A stretch of DNA of 64,000 bases, from NCBI GenBank assembly GCA_964016885.1, contig OZ024740.1, positions 261,454,001-261,518,000 on the forward strand. The letters run 5' to 3'. Both the position numbers and the translations under genes were made by a program. Positions 1 to 13,960 of this stretch are shown one piece after another (the stretch's first letter is position 1; each line of letters begins with the position of its first letter). A model generated the notes under the pieces. The model made no database searches, had not been told where the DNA came from, and was given only the letters and a program-made list of their open reading frames with translations. The stretch is from Eledone cirrhosa. Taxonomy: Eukaryota.

Positions 1-376
1 TGCTTTTATTCGTGCCACCAGCACTAGCGAGATCGTCTTACTGGACTCAGGGGCCCTATCCACCCCTCCATTTTACAGCATGGGCTGGGTGCTTGTATTC
101 GTGCCACCAGCACTAGAGAGGTTGTCTTACTGGACTTAGGGGACTTCTCTACCTCACACCAATTTATTCGGAGCGGTAGCTCTCCTAGACGGGTTGCCTA
201 CACTACTGCTTACGTAGCCTCCATCCACTCCTTGTCTGTTCGATAATATATTCACAAGGGAGCGGTTATCGTACAGCGTCGGGCATGTATACCAAACATG
301 GTGGCGGTGGGGCAGGTGGGTCGGAAATGAGAAGGAAATATGGGTATACGCACAAATTTAAATATTAACATTCACA

Positions 377-431
<55 letters not shown>

Positions 432-520
432 CATTCATCTATATATGTCACATACATACATATATATATATATAAATATGTACAAATCTCATGCGAACCG
501 AAAAATTTGGAGATACGAAT

Positions 521-699
521 AATAATAATTGTTTCTACTTTTGGCACAATTATCTCAGTGTATTACTGGTACTTTATTTTATCGACTCCGTAAGGATGAA
601 AGGCAAAGTTAACCTCGGCGGGATTTGAACTCAGTCCGTAAAGAGACGTAACTGTGCTGCAAAACATGGCGTCCGACCCTCTACCGATACTGCCAATCC
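521..699 (-). mobile_element. tRNA-derived SINE (family A)
   Basis: Reverse complement has A-box TGGCAGTATCGG, B-box GAGTTCAAATCC, a central GCCTTTCATCCTTACGG(A/G)GTCGATAAAATAAAGTACCAG domain and an AGAAACAATTATT tail; many copies in the window. Confidence 0.85.
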
Positions 700-880
700 A
701 AACTTAAACTTATCTCAACGGATTCTCCAAATTATGTATCATATAGAACCAAACATGTCCTCCTGCGTTTTAAGACGTGAGCGGATACACTTCTGGACAA
801 TCAAAACAAACTTAAACCTATCTAAACAGATTTTCCAAATCATGAAATATGGCTGCTATACGCACAAATATAAATATTAA

Positions 881-984
<104 letters not shown>

Positions 985-1139
985 ATATAAAAAAAACGAA
1001 AAATCAGTAATGCATCTAGACTCAGTGTATGTGTGTATATATGTGTGAATATATACACGGCACAGGCATTGCTTTATATCTGGAGATCTCTCTGCACTTG
1101 TCGTCACATGGTACCATGGGCCCAGCACTATGTGTCAAT

Positions 1140-1282
1140 AATTGTCTCAAGTGTAGTGTTTGTACCAGAGTTTTCAAGTCGCTGGCTGGACTAAAAAGTC
1201 ACACTCGTTCAGCGCATCGGTAGGGGTTCTCCTACATGGATATAAAGTAGCGGCCATACTCGAAAACGAGTTTACAGCCACC
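1140..1282 (+). mobile_element. 3' end fragment of an RTE-type LINE (C-terminal C2H2 finger plus tail)
   Basis: CSVCTRVFKSLAGLKSHTRSAH-stop followed by GGCCATACTCG..AACGAG..ACAGCCA, the same tail seen reversed at 13355 and 46274. Confidence 0.5.
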
Positions 1283-1429
1283 ATATATACACATATATAT
1301 ACATGGTACGTGAATGTGTATGGATGCATGTATATGATTATAATGTTTATATCCGTGCATGTGTAATACAAGTTACGTCTTTTAAGGGATGACGTTAAAT
1401 GCATATTTAGTATATTGTAGGTTTTTTAT

Positions 1430-1584
1430 AGATGTGTATGTATGTGTGTATGTACGTTTATATGTGGGTGTGTATGTGTGCGCGTGTATAGATGTGTATG
1501 TATGTGCGTATATATATCTTCTTTGTGGATGTACGTGGACACGGAGGTAATTGGGCGCGTATTTGTTGGAATGTATATGAGCCA

Positions 1585-1649
<65 letters not shown>

Positions 1650-2160
1650 TGTGTCTCTCTGTGTGTGTGTGTGTGTATGTGCACCTACATAGGGCAGGGT
1701 TTGTTTGTATGTGCGTGTACATATACATATGTGTAGATATATATACATGTCTGTATGAATGTGTGTATGTGTGTTTGTATCTTTGGAAGTGTGTCTGTCT
1801 TTGTGTCTATCAATAAGGACAGGCGTGTATGTATCTATGTATATGTATGTGCGTGTTTGTGTATATGTGCAGATGTACGCGAACGCTGATATGTGTCCTG
1901 TATGCGTGTACGTGTGCGCGCGTGTGCGTGCGTGTGAGACCGGATGTATGGGGGTATATAGGCAGGCGCCAGTGGACGTGTGTTGGTGTGTATATGGGTG
2001 TGGATGTGTGTGGGTGTGTGTAAGAGAGGGAGTGTGTGTGTGTATATGGGTGTGTGTGTCTACACATGTGTGCGTACATATGTATACGCATATATATGTA
2101 TGTGTCTGCGTGTGTGTGTATGTGTATGTGTATTTATGTGTGTGTGTATGTGTGGGTATA
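1430..2160. repeat. Degenerate GT/AT-rich microsatellite block
   Basis: (GT)n core at 1588-1675 with degenerate GTAT/GTGC flanks. Confidence 0.9.
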
Positions 2161-2608
2161 TATTCGCGAGTGTGAGCAGACTTGTGAGATACGAAACCCA
2201 GCATGAGTCCATTGAAGTGTGTCGGACGGAGAGTAGCTGATGACCAGTGTGGCAGCAAATATTGACCAGAATTTATGATGACGTAGAAAAACAACAGCCA
2301 ATAGCAAGACAGGAGAGGAATATGTTTTTTGAAGGTGTTTTTTGAAACTAACACCCTAGTGAGAAAATTTGCTCCGAAAGCATTGCATGTGTCCGAAGAA
2401 CCCGCAGTTAGAGAATCAGGCAGATCCATACAATGATCATGTCTCGAGCTATCTGCCGGCAAAACAATTGTAACACGCAATAAACTGAGTCTAGATGCAT
2501 CAATGATTTTTCGTTTTTTTATATTATAATACACTCTGCTCTGTAAGAACATAGAGTGCTCAACTGGCATACCGCCTATGGAAGCACCATAGCTACCATT
2601 AAACACAC

Positions 2609-2681
<73 letters not shown>

Positions 2682-2918
2682 CATCTATATATGTGACATA
2701 CATACATATATATATATAAATATGTACAAATCTCATGCGAACCGAAACATTTGGAGATACGAATAATAATAATAAACTTTCTCTTAGTCACACACGTAGA
2801 AAGGAATATACATATGCGTGTGTGTAGCATGACTTTACACTCTGCATACACGTATTGAGAGCTCATTCAGTTTTAAGTACAATGGTATTTTAAACACACA
2901 TTCCATTATTACAATATT

Positions 2919-2949
<31 letters not shown>

Positions 2950-3115
2950 ACACACACACACACGTACACACATCATTTTCATCATTCTCACCGTTATAAT
3001 CGTTTTTACGCCCGTTTTTGTATGCTCAGCATAGCATCTCTCCACTCGGCGCGTTCCTTATCACGCCCAGGTCTTTCTTGGTCTACCTCTATTGCAGCTA
3101 TATATATATATATAT

Positions 3116-3255
3116 ATAAAATGTTAAAAAAATAATGAATAAAACAATGAAACAGTTCCTTATATTAAACAAAAAAAGTTCATTATAATGAACTTTTTTT
3201 GTTTAATATAAGGAACTGTTTCATTGTTTTATTCATTATTTTTTTAACATTTTAT
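3116..3255. repeat. Perfect 140-bp palindrome (no spacer) between (TA)n tracts
   Basis: Arms 3116-3185 and 3186-3255 are reverse complements (centre GTTCATTA|TAATGAAC). Confidence 0.9.
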
Positions 3256-3386
3256 CTTGACTCTGTATTCCGTGTATCTTTCACCGAAAGTGATTTTTGA
3301 ATGCATCTCTTCTTTCCATGATATCCGGATTACATTGAGTTCTTCATACGGATTGGACACTTCCGTAAACTTTTGGTAGATTTATC

Positions 3387-3471
<85 letters not shown>

Positions 3472-3494
3472 CGTTTCTGACCCTCCCAAAGTAT

Positions 3495-3540
<46 letters not shown>

Positions 3541-3645
3541 AGAGACAGAGAGAGAACAAGAGAACGAGAGAGAGAGAGATCTAAAATAACTTACTACTTT
3601 GATATTATTTGAAGATCATAAAAATCATACATGAAAACAGGACCC

Positions 3646-3737
3646 ACCACCACCACCACCACCACCACCACCACCACCACCACCACCACCACCACCACCA
3701 CCACCGCCGCCGCCGCCGCCACCACCACCACCACCAC

Positions 3738-3780
<43 letters not shown>

Positions 3781-3895
3781 ACCACCACCACCACCACCAC
3801 CACCACCACCGCCACCACCGCCGCCGCCGCCACCACCACCACCACCACCACCACCACCACCACCACCACCACCACCACCACCACCACCACTACCA
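3646..3895. repeat. Compound (ACC)n/(GCC)n trinucleotide repeat
   Basis: Directly visible; source of the poly-H, poly-T and poly-V ORFs. Confidence 0.97.
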
Positions 3896-4379
3896 ACAGC
3901 AACAACAGCAAAAACAAAAACATTTCATCAAATTATTTAACCATTACCCAACTCTGAAATTGTTATCCCACTGCTTACTAAATTCATATATATATATATA
4001 TATATAAATAGATATATAAAGCAGCAACAACGAAAAGGAATAAAGAAAAGAAGAAAAACAAAGAAAGAAATAGAAAAAGCAAGAAAAAAAATTCCTGCCA
4101 TTGCCATTGCCATGTTAGATCAATGGAGGGTCAGTGGTTGGTTTGGGTGCTTAATATTCTGTACACATACAGTTCTTTCTGGGAATAGTAAGTATCACTA
4201 TTTGTATATGTGAATGTGTGTATATGGTGTTCTTATTATTGTTGTTAGGACGGTAGAAACAATTATTACTGTTGTTATATAAGCTGGTTCATGATTGTAA
4301 GGTGTCATCGATTCCCTGATGGAGCGGTGCGTTGCCTTCTTGACCATGACACTTTATTTTATGTTGTTGCAGCCAACTC

Positions 4380-4790
4380 TGCTAGTAAAAATGAGACGTG
4401 GTGCCAAGCTGTATAGGTCTTTGCCTTTTCCATGGACAACATTGATGGCATAGAGAGAGGGGACTGGCGGTCTTCCCCTAACAAAAATCTAGATTGGGCT
4501 CGTGCATAGGAGAGGAAATATAGAAGGGTGTACTCAAATAGAAATGTTGTGGCTGTTTTAAACTTTAGATATTAGTTAAATCGTAAGGCGATTTTTTGAG
4601 TGTTTGAATGTGTGTATATGTTGTAAGAATCTCCTTTTAAAGTAACTTTCTGTAAGACATTTATGGGTTTTGTTTTACTATTATCTACAAAGGAAATATA
4701 AGTTCGATACACTCATGTTTTAGAGAGATACATACTGTTGAGAGGACCGGTATTATCACTAATGCAGTTACACATAGGGAAATAATTTCA
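4380..4790 (-). mobile_element. Decayed Penelope-like (Naiad-type) GIY-YIG endonuclease relic
   Basis: Minus strand reads CNCISDNTGPLNSMYL..VY.. then LTESYFKRRFLQHIHTF, matching the CxC-x5-CPL linker and YIG-FKxR-H region of the PLEs at 28.7 and 49.2 kb; stops and frameshifts present. Confidence 0.6.
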
Positions 4791-4794
4791 CCTG

Positions 4795-5045
4795 TAATCG
4801 AAAGGTTTTGACTGGTTATTCTCTTATACAGAACATTTGCTGCAACTGTAGCTTGCCATAATCTTATTTTTCATCATTTTCACCTCTTTTGCTGCCATCT
4901 TGTCATTTGCAGGTATTGCTATGTCAATCAAGAGATAACTCTTCCTTATCTACCAGTATCAGATCAGGTCTTCTTGCTGTGATATTCTCATCGCATTGCA
5001 CGTTGAAGTCCCATAAAAGCTTCGCACTTTGATTTTCCAGCATGG
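4795..5045 (-). mobile_element. R4/Dong-like LINE C-terminal RLE fragment (inverted)
   Basis: Minus strand reads ENQSAKLLWDFNVQCDENITARRPDLILVDK..IDIAIP, homologous to the end of ORF 24608-27634. Confidence 0.75.
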
Positions 5046-5269
5046 TTAATGTTGAATTAACGCCACATAGTTAGTTCGTAATGCATGCCCTTGGGTCGCA
5101 TGGATCAAAGCTTCTATTCCAAATGTCAAGCCTCATTTCTTCATCCAGGCCCAACTTTTTTTCTTTGAATATTCTATCATTATATTGATCTTTTCCATAT
5201 TTCTAATAATGAACCATGTACCCTGTTTTTATTCCTCTATCTTAGCCAGTCTTCCTTCGTGCTCGCTCT

Positions 5270-6055
5270 GAAGGAGGAATTTTTCAAGGCCATAGTCTAT
5301 CGGCTCTTTTGTTTGTACTATGGATGATATCGCTTTCGTTGCTGCCGAGGAAAACTGATATGGTATACGAATGGTGCAGAAGACAGCTGCAGATCAATCA
5401 TTTACTGTTTACGGATGGTCTTAAGCGGTTTGGAAAAGAACCAGAACCAAATTTACATATTGGTTAGGGCGATCTACTTCTTCAGTAATTATATAGCCAT
5501 GGAATTTGGCATCAAGATGCGTAGCATATTAGTAATGAAGAGGGGGCAAGTTGATTGCAACAGATGGGTTAGAACTTCCTGATGGGCAGGTGGTGAAAGA
5601 CATAGAGGAAAATGGTTACAAGTGCTTCGAAATTCTGGAAATGGATAGTATAAAGAAGGTTGAAATGACAGAATCATTTACGAATGAATATTACAGAGAG
5701 CTAGGGCTGATCTTGAAATCAAACTTGAATGGGGGGAATATAATATCTGCCATAAATCCATGGGCAGTTGCAGATTTGAGATATAGAGTAGGAATCCTAA
5801 TGTAGACACAGGATGGGACCAAATGATTACACAGGAAAGACAGGAAGAAAATGGCAATGTTTGGAGCATTCAATGCAAATAGTGATGTAGATAGATTGTA
5901 TACAGAAAGAAACAATTGAGGAAGGGGACTTATTGAATGTGAGGGCTGTACAAGAAGTGAGGAAAAAGGATTTAGTATATTAAAACAGCGATGAGAAATT
6001 CTTGAGTGGTGTAAGATAAGCTGGTATGATAGATTCAGAAAACTGTCAGAGCAAA
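5270..6055 (+). mobile_element. Decayed R4/Dong-like RT fragment
   Basis: HLLFTDGLK (degenerate HLFYMDDLK), NLNGGNIISAINPWAV and DVDRLY..GRGLI are homologous to the 24.6-27.6 kb ORF; many stops. Confidence 0.8.
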
Positions 6056-6057
6056 GA

Positions 6058-6245
6058 GGCGGATTGGCAGTATCGGTAGAGGGTTGGACGCCATGGTTTG
6101 ACGCATGGAGCTACGGCCCTTGCCATTCTGAGTTCAAATCGTGCCGAGGTTAACTTTGCCTTTCATCCTTACGGGGTCGATAAAATAAAGTACCAGTAAT
6201 GCACTGGGTTATTGCTGGCCTTGTGCCAAAAGTAGAAACAATTAT
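6058..6245 (+). mobile_element. tRNA-derived SINE (family A), full length
   Basis: GGCGGATTGGCAGTATCGGTAGA head, GAGTTCAAATC B-box, central domain, AGAAACAATTAT tail. Confidence 0.88.
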
Positions 6246-6286
6246 CTGTCTATCAATCCATCTATCTACCTACAATTAATTCCTTT

Positions 6287-6612
<326 letters not shown>

Positions 6613-6691
6613 CGGGGACACGAAAATGTTTCTTAAAACCAGTGTTAAAATAGCATGATCGTTTTAACAAAAAAATTGTTTCTATTTCCAG

Positions 6692-7344
6692 ACGAAACGA
6701 ACAGTCCACCACGAACCTTAGGAGAAATATGGGGAGTCACCGATTATAAGCTACCAATTATCATTGTGGTGATAGCTTTTGTAATCGGTACTTCCATTCT
6801 TCTGTCACGTCTAGTAGACACATTATATGATATTTACATGGACCAATGGGCAATGGTGGCAAATCTGAGTGACGTCAACTCTGAAACTAAAGAGTTGATC
6901 AGAAACAAGATAGAGGCATCTGAATTACAAGGAGATGAATCTAACACAAACAGCATTTGGCTAAGGAAATATGTGCAACATTGGGTAAAACGCAGTCCCT
7001 CGAAAGAAGGCAGAGCAGAAAAATCTACTGCAAAGGTTGCTAGGAAGTGGAGGAAATGTGCATCGATGTCCCATGTATCGACGATCCATACATTGACAAG
7101 CCCTGAATTGCCAACCCCTGAATTGCCAACCTCTGGATTGACAACCCCTGAATTGCCAACCCCTGGATTGCCAACCCCTGGATTGCCAACCCCTGGATTG
7201 CCAACCCCTCGATTGCCAACCCCTGGATTGGCAACCCCTGAATTGACGCAGGAAGCTTATGCAGCACCACATGTGACCGTCATAGATGTTAGCCCTAGAC
7301 AGAGTAATTCGGACGATAACCCCACAACAACCGAATATATATAA
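6692..7344 (+). CDS. Probable terminal coding exon of a host membrane protein (TM helix, cytoplasmic tail with ten xTPxL repeats)
   Basis: Pyrimidine-rich acceptor TTGTTTCTATTTCCAG| at 6691; about 217 open codons of non-TE sequence; hydrophobic LPIIIVVIAFVIGTSILL; stop at 7342-7344; upstream exons not identified. Confidence 0.55.
7096..7245 (+). repeat. 15-bp coding minisatellite, 10 units
   Basis: CCAACCCCTG(G/A)ATTG units encoding PTPGL/PTPEL. Confidence 0.95.
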
Positions 7345-8174
7345 CCATGGATATATATTACTTACAACAAAGTCTCATCATTACAACTGACTCTATTATT
7401 TTTAATTCCTTTCTTTCTTTCTATATTTTAGTCATTTAACTGGGGTTTTTTTAACGTCAGAAGGTAATATATTCATTCATTTATGTGTTTACATGTTTTC
7501 ACTTTCTTACTAATCATGCATATGGTAGTAAATCTAATCCACATACCACCACCATAAATGAAAGTTAAGGGTCAGTCCCGCCTCGTGGATATAAAACGGA
7601 ATGAAACAGTTGGAGGTTAGTTGAAATTATAATAAATAACCAAACAATTTCTGATAGGTTTGTAGTTGAGTCGGTGGCCATGGAGACTTCCAGCGTTCTT
7701 GGACTCCGGACCACATCCCTGCTCACTGCTATCGGAGCGGAGTTTGGCTCAACGACAATTTAACCCTTTTGTTATAATATTTCTAATGAATTAATTAATG
7801 AAATATTTTGAAAAGATTTATTTACTTTGGAGGGATATCCTTCTGATACCAACCCTCCCCAAACCATCCCCTTTTAAAAGGGGTCCTATTTAAACATAAT
7901 TTTATATTAGAACCGTTTGTTAAGTTATGAGACGCTCTCTGATAGCCTTGTGGTTGAACCCGTAGCAATGAAGACTTCCGGTGTTCTTGGGCCCCGAAAC
8001 ACATCCCTACTCACTCCTATCGGAGAGGGGTTGGCTACTCGCAGGTGCGAGCCTCGCAAGGTAGAGTGGCTGTTCTAGTGCGTCTCTCAAACCGTCCTTC
8101 GGAGCAATGTTTTCTCCATCCCGTCGGTCGGGACCAAGAGGCGGGACTAACCCTTAATTTACATTTAATGATGA

Positions 8175-9312
8175 AATAATAATAATGAAATTATTGTGTA
8201 CAGTGCTCAGGTGCACTACAACTCGTCAAATGTGCATGTATAGTACATAGAATAATATACAAATGTCAGGGAAGTGAACAGTGTATGAGTCATGATATAC
8301 ATGTGTGCGTATATATGGAGGGGGAATATTAGGTGTAGTGTTGGCGAATCTCAGGAAGCATGGAGGTTTCAAAGGATGCAGTGTCTCGGCAGCTAACAAC
8401 TGATGCAGGTAGTTTGTTCCATGCTTCAGCAACTCTGAGCGTGAAACAATGTTTCCGAAAGTCAAGGGTACTATGCTGTTTTCTGACTTTGTGGGCATGC
8501 CCACATGTGTTAGACACATGGAAATCAAAAAGGTGCTCAGGGTTGTTGTTGGCAAGATGGTTAATAATTTTGTGGGTGTTTACCAGGTCAGTTGCCAGAC
8601 GTCGGAGCTTCAATGTATCCATGCCTAGGGAAGCAAGGCGTTCAGTGTATGGTAGATGCCTGATGGAGGGTATTTGTTTGGTTGCACGTCTCTGAACAGT
8701 TTCCAGGCGGTCAATGTTCGGAGCAAGATAGGGGTTCCAGACTGGTGATGCAAATTCTAAGTGTGGCCGTACCATAGCTATATACAGCTTTAAATGGATA
8801 GCTGGAGAGCGGCTGGCAAAGGTCTTGCTGAGTGATGTTAAGACACCCTCGGTCTTCTTGACAATTTTAGAGACGTGCTTCGTCCAACTCAAATCTCTGC
8901 TGACCGTAATGCCCAGGTCACGTTCACAAGTATGTGGATGCTGGGTTTTTACTCCCCAAATGCATGGTGGTACACTTGTCTATAGCCAGCTTGAGTTGCC
9001 AGTCTGTGATCCATTGTTGCATTGTGTCCAGGCTAGATTGCAGGCAAGATCTATAGTGTTCAGGATCTGTCCCTTTTATCTCAAAGTACAGTTTGATGTC
9101 ATCTGCATATTTCAGTAGTATGGAATTCTTTAAGTTGGCATCTATATCATTAATATATGCCACAAACAAAAGGGGGCCAAGAACAGATCCCTGTGGTACA
9201 CCAGATGACATCTCATATGGTGAGGAATGCTGTCCTAGAACCGTGACTACCACTCTTCGACTGAGAATGAAAGACTTCAACCAGTTAAAAAGATCATCCT
9301 TCACACCCATTG
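8175..9312 (-). mobile_element. 5'-truncated CR1/L2-group LINE (RT C-terminal half plus 3' UTR)
   Basis: SGVPQGSVLGPLLF, YADD, RPHLEFASPVWNPY, LETVQRRATK, F.LRVAEAWNKLP; frameshift near 8920; (ATT)n-like tail. Confidence 0.9.
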
Positions 9313-9635
9313 CAGGGTGGTGTGGCACGTAGAATAGATTGACTTCCATAAGCATGAGTAGGTTGCTATAAAATCTTGTGAAAATAACCTACAGTTATCA
9401 TTAAATGAGCAACGATGTTTTTCATAAATTATAATGAAAATGTTAAATAACTTTTAATGGCTATTTCTAGTTAAATCATTGAATTTCTGAAAACTCCCTA
9501 GATAACTTATTATTGGGTCTCAAATAATACGGGGAGGGTTGGAATAAGCGGAGGGGTTGGAAAATCGGCAATCTCCCTAGGTTGTGTACCTTGATATTTA
9601 AAAAAAATCAAACAGAATTAGTCATTTAGTTTAAA

Positions 9636-9781
9636 CTAGCAGAATGGCCCGGCGTTGCTCGAGATTTGCTCTAGGGTTCTTATATATTTGATATATATTT
9701 ATCCTTATCGAGCCTCGCGAAATAAATATGTTTGTTTATATTTTGTTATTGTGTATGCAAAAATATCTGTACATGAATATA

Positions 9782-9846
<65 letters not shown>

Positions 9847-10785
9847 AAATTAGTCCCTCGTCAGTGATTTGCCAACCATCATTGATATTTCATCGCATTA
9901 AAAATCATATACCTCAGGTTGGTGCGAGCAATAACTAAAAAAAGCTATTGGGACAAGTAAATCGCGTAAAGCGAGTGAGACAAGTAAACAACATAGAAGG
10001 ATAAAGGCAAACCGAAGATAGGAAAATAAACAAGCAACATGGTTATCCGGTCAGCATAGGCTGGGTGGATTTCATGAGCGATCAAGATACAGACCGTCCG
10101 ACGTGAGTGAGATGTGAGCAAGAAAAGACCCCACTACTAGCCAAACGGGACGAAGTGAGAAGGGGAGAAACAGAGAGTGAGTGAGTGGAAGTGCGAGGAA
10201 GAGGTCAGTCGAGAGAAAGTGTAACTGACAGAGGGGGCGAAAGAAAGTGAGAGAAACAGAGAGAACGGGGAAGCAGTAAGAGAGAAACAGACAAACGCAG
10301 CCGAGGTAAATATAATATATATATATATTAAAATAACAGATTAAAGTTTAAGCAATGAATCGCTGCTTTCACCCTTAACGGGATCTTCTGAAACTAAAAA
10401 AATCAAATCTGTGAACGCAGAAGTAAATATTTTGAAAAACGTTACACACTATATATATATAGACACACTATATATACATATATATATATACACACACACA
10501 GATAGCGTAATAATGTCCTAATGCAGACAGCCAGACATACAGAGAGATATTATAAGGACACGACGTTGTAGCTATGTATCTATCTAAAAAGAAAGACTAA
10601 GAATTATAGAGAGATCGCTAAATCGTCTAATGCGGTCCCGTGGGCATTGAAAATTTGAAATTTTTTGTTCAAAACACTCACACGACCATAAGTATTACAT
10701 GTGTAAAGTTGAAAACAATCAGTTGGGTAGTTCTCGAGTTTTAGGGAGTCAGACAGACAGACATTCTCTGTTTTAGATATATAGA
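9636..10785 (-). mobile_element. Non-autonomous Helitron (with nested PLE-type repeats)
   Basis: 5' TCTATATATCTAAAACAGAGAATGTCTGTCTG; 3' CGAGCAACGCCGGG hairpin region plus CTAG; inserted at A|T. Confidence 0.8.
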
Positions 10786-10976
10786 TATTGAGACCCCAAC
10801 CAATCCTATTTATTTTATAACGTATGGGATTTCAAGTAATGTGCGTTTTTTGTCGAATACTACTAGTTAAATAACATGTCGCCGGAGATTGATAAGCAAC
10901 ATTGGAATAAGAGTGGGGGTGTTGGAAAAAAATTGAAAAATTAATAAGCGGGGAGGTCGGGTGGGGAATATTATTT

Positions 10977-11052
10977 ACGGGGTCGATAAAATAAAGTACC
11001 AGTAATGTACTGGGTATTTGCTGGCCTTGTGCCAAAAGTAGAAACAATTATT
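10977..11052 (+). mobile_element. SINE family A, 3' fragment
   Basis: ACGGGGTCGATAAAATAAAGTACCAG...AGAAACAATTATT. Confidence 0.8.
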
Positions 11053-11516
11053 TAAAACCCAAGAGTATACAAACTTTTGTTTTAGTAGGGGAGAACACTC
11101 TTAGAAAAACTATTACAGAGTTATTCCCAATAACACAAGTATGCTAAACGTAACGCCTTGTTTAGTTTCTGGAAATACATTCTAACTTGAAGTTACGTTG
11201 CGGAGTTATTTTTACATTTTGTATTTAATATCCTTTTCGAGTTGATATAAATGTCTGACAGTCACATAATAGAAGGTATTGAATAAAATATGCTCCCCAC
11301 TTTTGTAAATTGTGGAAAAACATTATTTTAAAGAAGTTACTGTATAGTTTACTACTAATAGGCGGTTATCTTAGAAAAGAAGAAAATTAAGGAAGAAAGG
11401 CAGTCAAACTTAGCAGAAAAGTAATGACACACGTCCGCACAAATATATACACACGTACACACACACACACATATATATGTAAATGTATTTCAATATCTCA
11501 TTTATGTTTATCATAA

Positions 11517-11584
<68 letters not shown>

Positions 11585-11600
11585 TCTCTCCATATATCTA

Positions 11601-12460
11601 TCTATATATCTAAAACAGAGAATGTCTGTCTGTGCCCCTAAAACTTGAGAACCAGCCAAACGATTTTTTCAAACTTTACACATGTAATACTTATGGCCGT
11701 GTGAGTGTTTTAAGCAAAAAATATTTCAAATTTTCTATGCCATAGGGACCGCATTAGGCGAAAAACCGCATATTTTAGGCTTTAAAGGCTTTTTTTGAGG
11801 CATAACGGAACAGTAATCCAGGCGATTTCTTCAAAATTTGCATTACTTATGTCGTTTAAAGTATTTTGAGCAAAAAAGATTTTCTCGTTTTTTGCCCCAG
11901 GGACCGCATTAGGCGAAAAACCGATTTTTTAAAGCATTTTTAGTTGCGTTAGGGCCTGTAACTCGAGAAGTACCCAACCGATTTAAAAAAAAACTTTGCA
12001 TATGCATTACTTATGTTTCACAAATTTTCTTGACTGAAAAAGATTTCGAATTTTTGCCCGGGAACCGCATTTTTTATCATTTTGGTTGCGTTAGAGCCTG
12101 TAACCTTAAAAGAATCCAACTAAATTCCTTCATGCTCTCCACCACTGCAGTCCCACATGCTTACTGCTCTGTAACTATTGTTTTCATTGTACCATAGCAC
12201 AACAAATACATGTTCGGTTTGTCAAATGCCTTTATACTTAACCCTATCGTCTTGGCTTTCGTGGTTTGAACATTTTACTCTCAGGCACCCAATTAAGTTA
12301 AACCCCTGGTAATCTAAGACGAATTCTTTTTATAAGCACAAAATGTTGACACCATCCCCAGGCCGAGTTATTCCGTACTTCTCTGTACTGTTTCAGAAAG
12401 GAGGAATAAACATGCCAATCTATGTTTAGAATCCCGAGCAACGCCGGGTCATTCTGGTAG
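11601..12460 (+). mobile_element. Non-autonomous Helitron, same family as 9636-10785
   Basis: Same 5' TCTATATATCTAAAACAGAGAATG; internal ~155-bp subrepeats (GGGACCGCATTAGGCG); 3' CCCGAGCAACGCCGGG hairpin then GTAG|T. Confidence 0.8.
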
Positions 12461-12745
<285 letters not shown>

Positions 12746-12830
12746 AAAAGGTAAACAGAAATAACAACACAATCGGTACAGTATATGGAAGGAATATATC
12801 AGGTTAATGCTTGAAATAGCAGGAAGAGGG

Positions 12831-12865
12831 TCTTAACGTTGCGGACGTTAGTCCTTCATCAGAAA
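12831..12865 (-). ncRNA. Degenerate minimal hammerhead ribozyme motif
   Basis: Reverse complement CTGATGA-AGGAC-TAAC-GTCC-GCAAC-GTTA (GAAA mutated to GCAA). Confidence 0.5.
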
Positions 12866-12967
12866 AAAGAATGAGAAATAAGATAGACTGAAGGGACGGG
12901 TGGGGTGGAATTGGAAAAAATATCTTTAGATAAAAATAACAGGTTCAGTCATGTTGACATCTCTTGG

Positions 12968-13191
<224 letters not shown>

Positions 13192-13308
13192 AGTTATGTA
13201 ATAAACAACATAATGTAATTATTTCATTTACCAGTCGTTTCTTGAAAGCAAACAAATCTGCTTTCAGTCATCAGAATAAAAAAATCCTGGTGTTTTTATT
13301 GAATGTGG

Positions 13309-13354
<46 letters not shown>

Positions 13355-13355
<1 letters not shown>

Positions 13356-13806
13356 ATGGCTGTCCCCTCGTTATCGAGTATGGCCATTGCACGATATACC
13401 ATTATTAATAATTATTTATTAATTCTATCGTGCAATGCCTGTGCGTGAAGATATTTTTTAAAGTGAGGGAAGTCTGTGCACTGAGCCAATCCCACTCTCT
13501 GAACGACAGTAGCTATAACCCGAAAAGAAGAAAAGATCAACATCATCGGTAACTACTGAGCCGCAGGTTTTATATCGGAGTTATCCCAGTTTCCTGAGTT
13601 GCCTTCTAGAAGAATGTCCTGACAAAGGCTAGGGGTCCTTCACTCCCAGTCGTTTAACCAGCCCGACTATTTATATGTCCACGCGCATATACATACACAT
13701 GCACCCATGCATATACACATATACATACACACACACACATGTACATGTGTATATACATATTTACACACTTTTGGATGACCGTTGACTCTAATGAGTTCTT
13801 CCGCCC
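13355..13806 (-). mobile_element. Non-autonomous RTE-related retroelement, 5'-truncated copy
   Basis: Colinear with 46274-47057; 3' tail shared with the RTE end at 1250-1282. Confidence 0.7.
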
Positions 13807-13914
<108 letters not shown>

Positions 13915-13960
13915 CCCTTGAAAGCAGGGAAAAGCGGACGTAAAATGATGATGATGATGA

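Larger units (their letters stand above)
9512..11068 (-). mobile_element. TIR MITE (TACTCT..GGG..CAAATAAT family), copy B, interrupted by a Helitron and a SINE
   Basis: Ends and internal segments match the copy at 37674-42730. Confidence 0.65.

Noticed and set aside
1140-1223. Host C2H2 zinc-finger gene exon
   Set aside because: A single finger followed directly by a retroelement tail; better explained as an RTE C-terminus.
6058-6145. tRNA-like sequence with A and B boxes
   Set aside because: It is a SINE head followed by the SINE body in all copies, with no complete cloverleaf.
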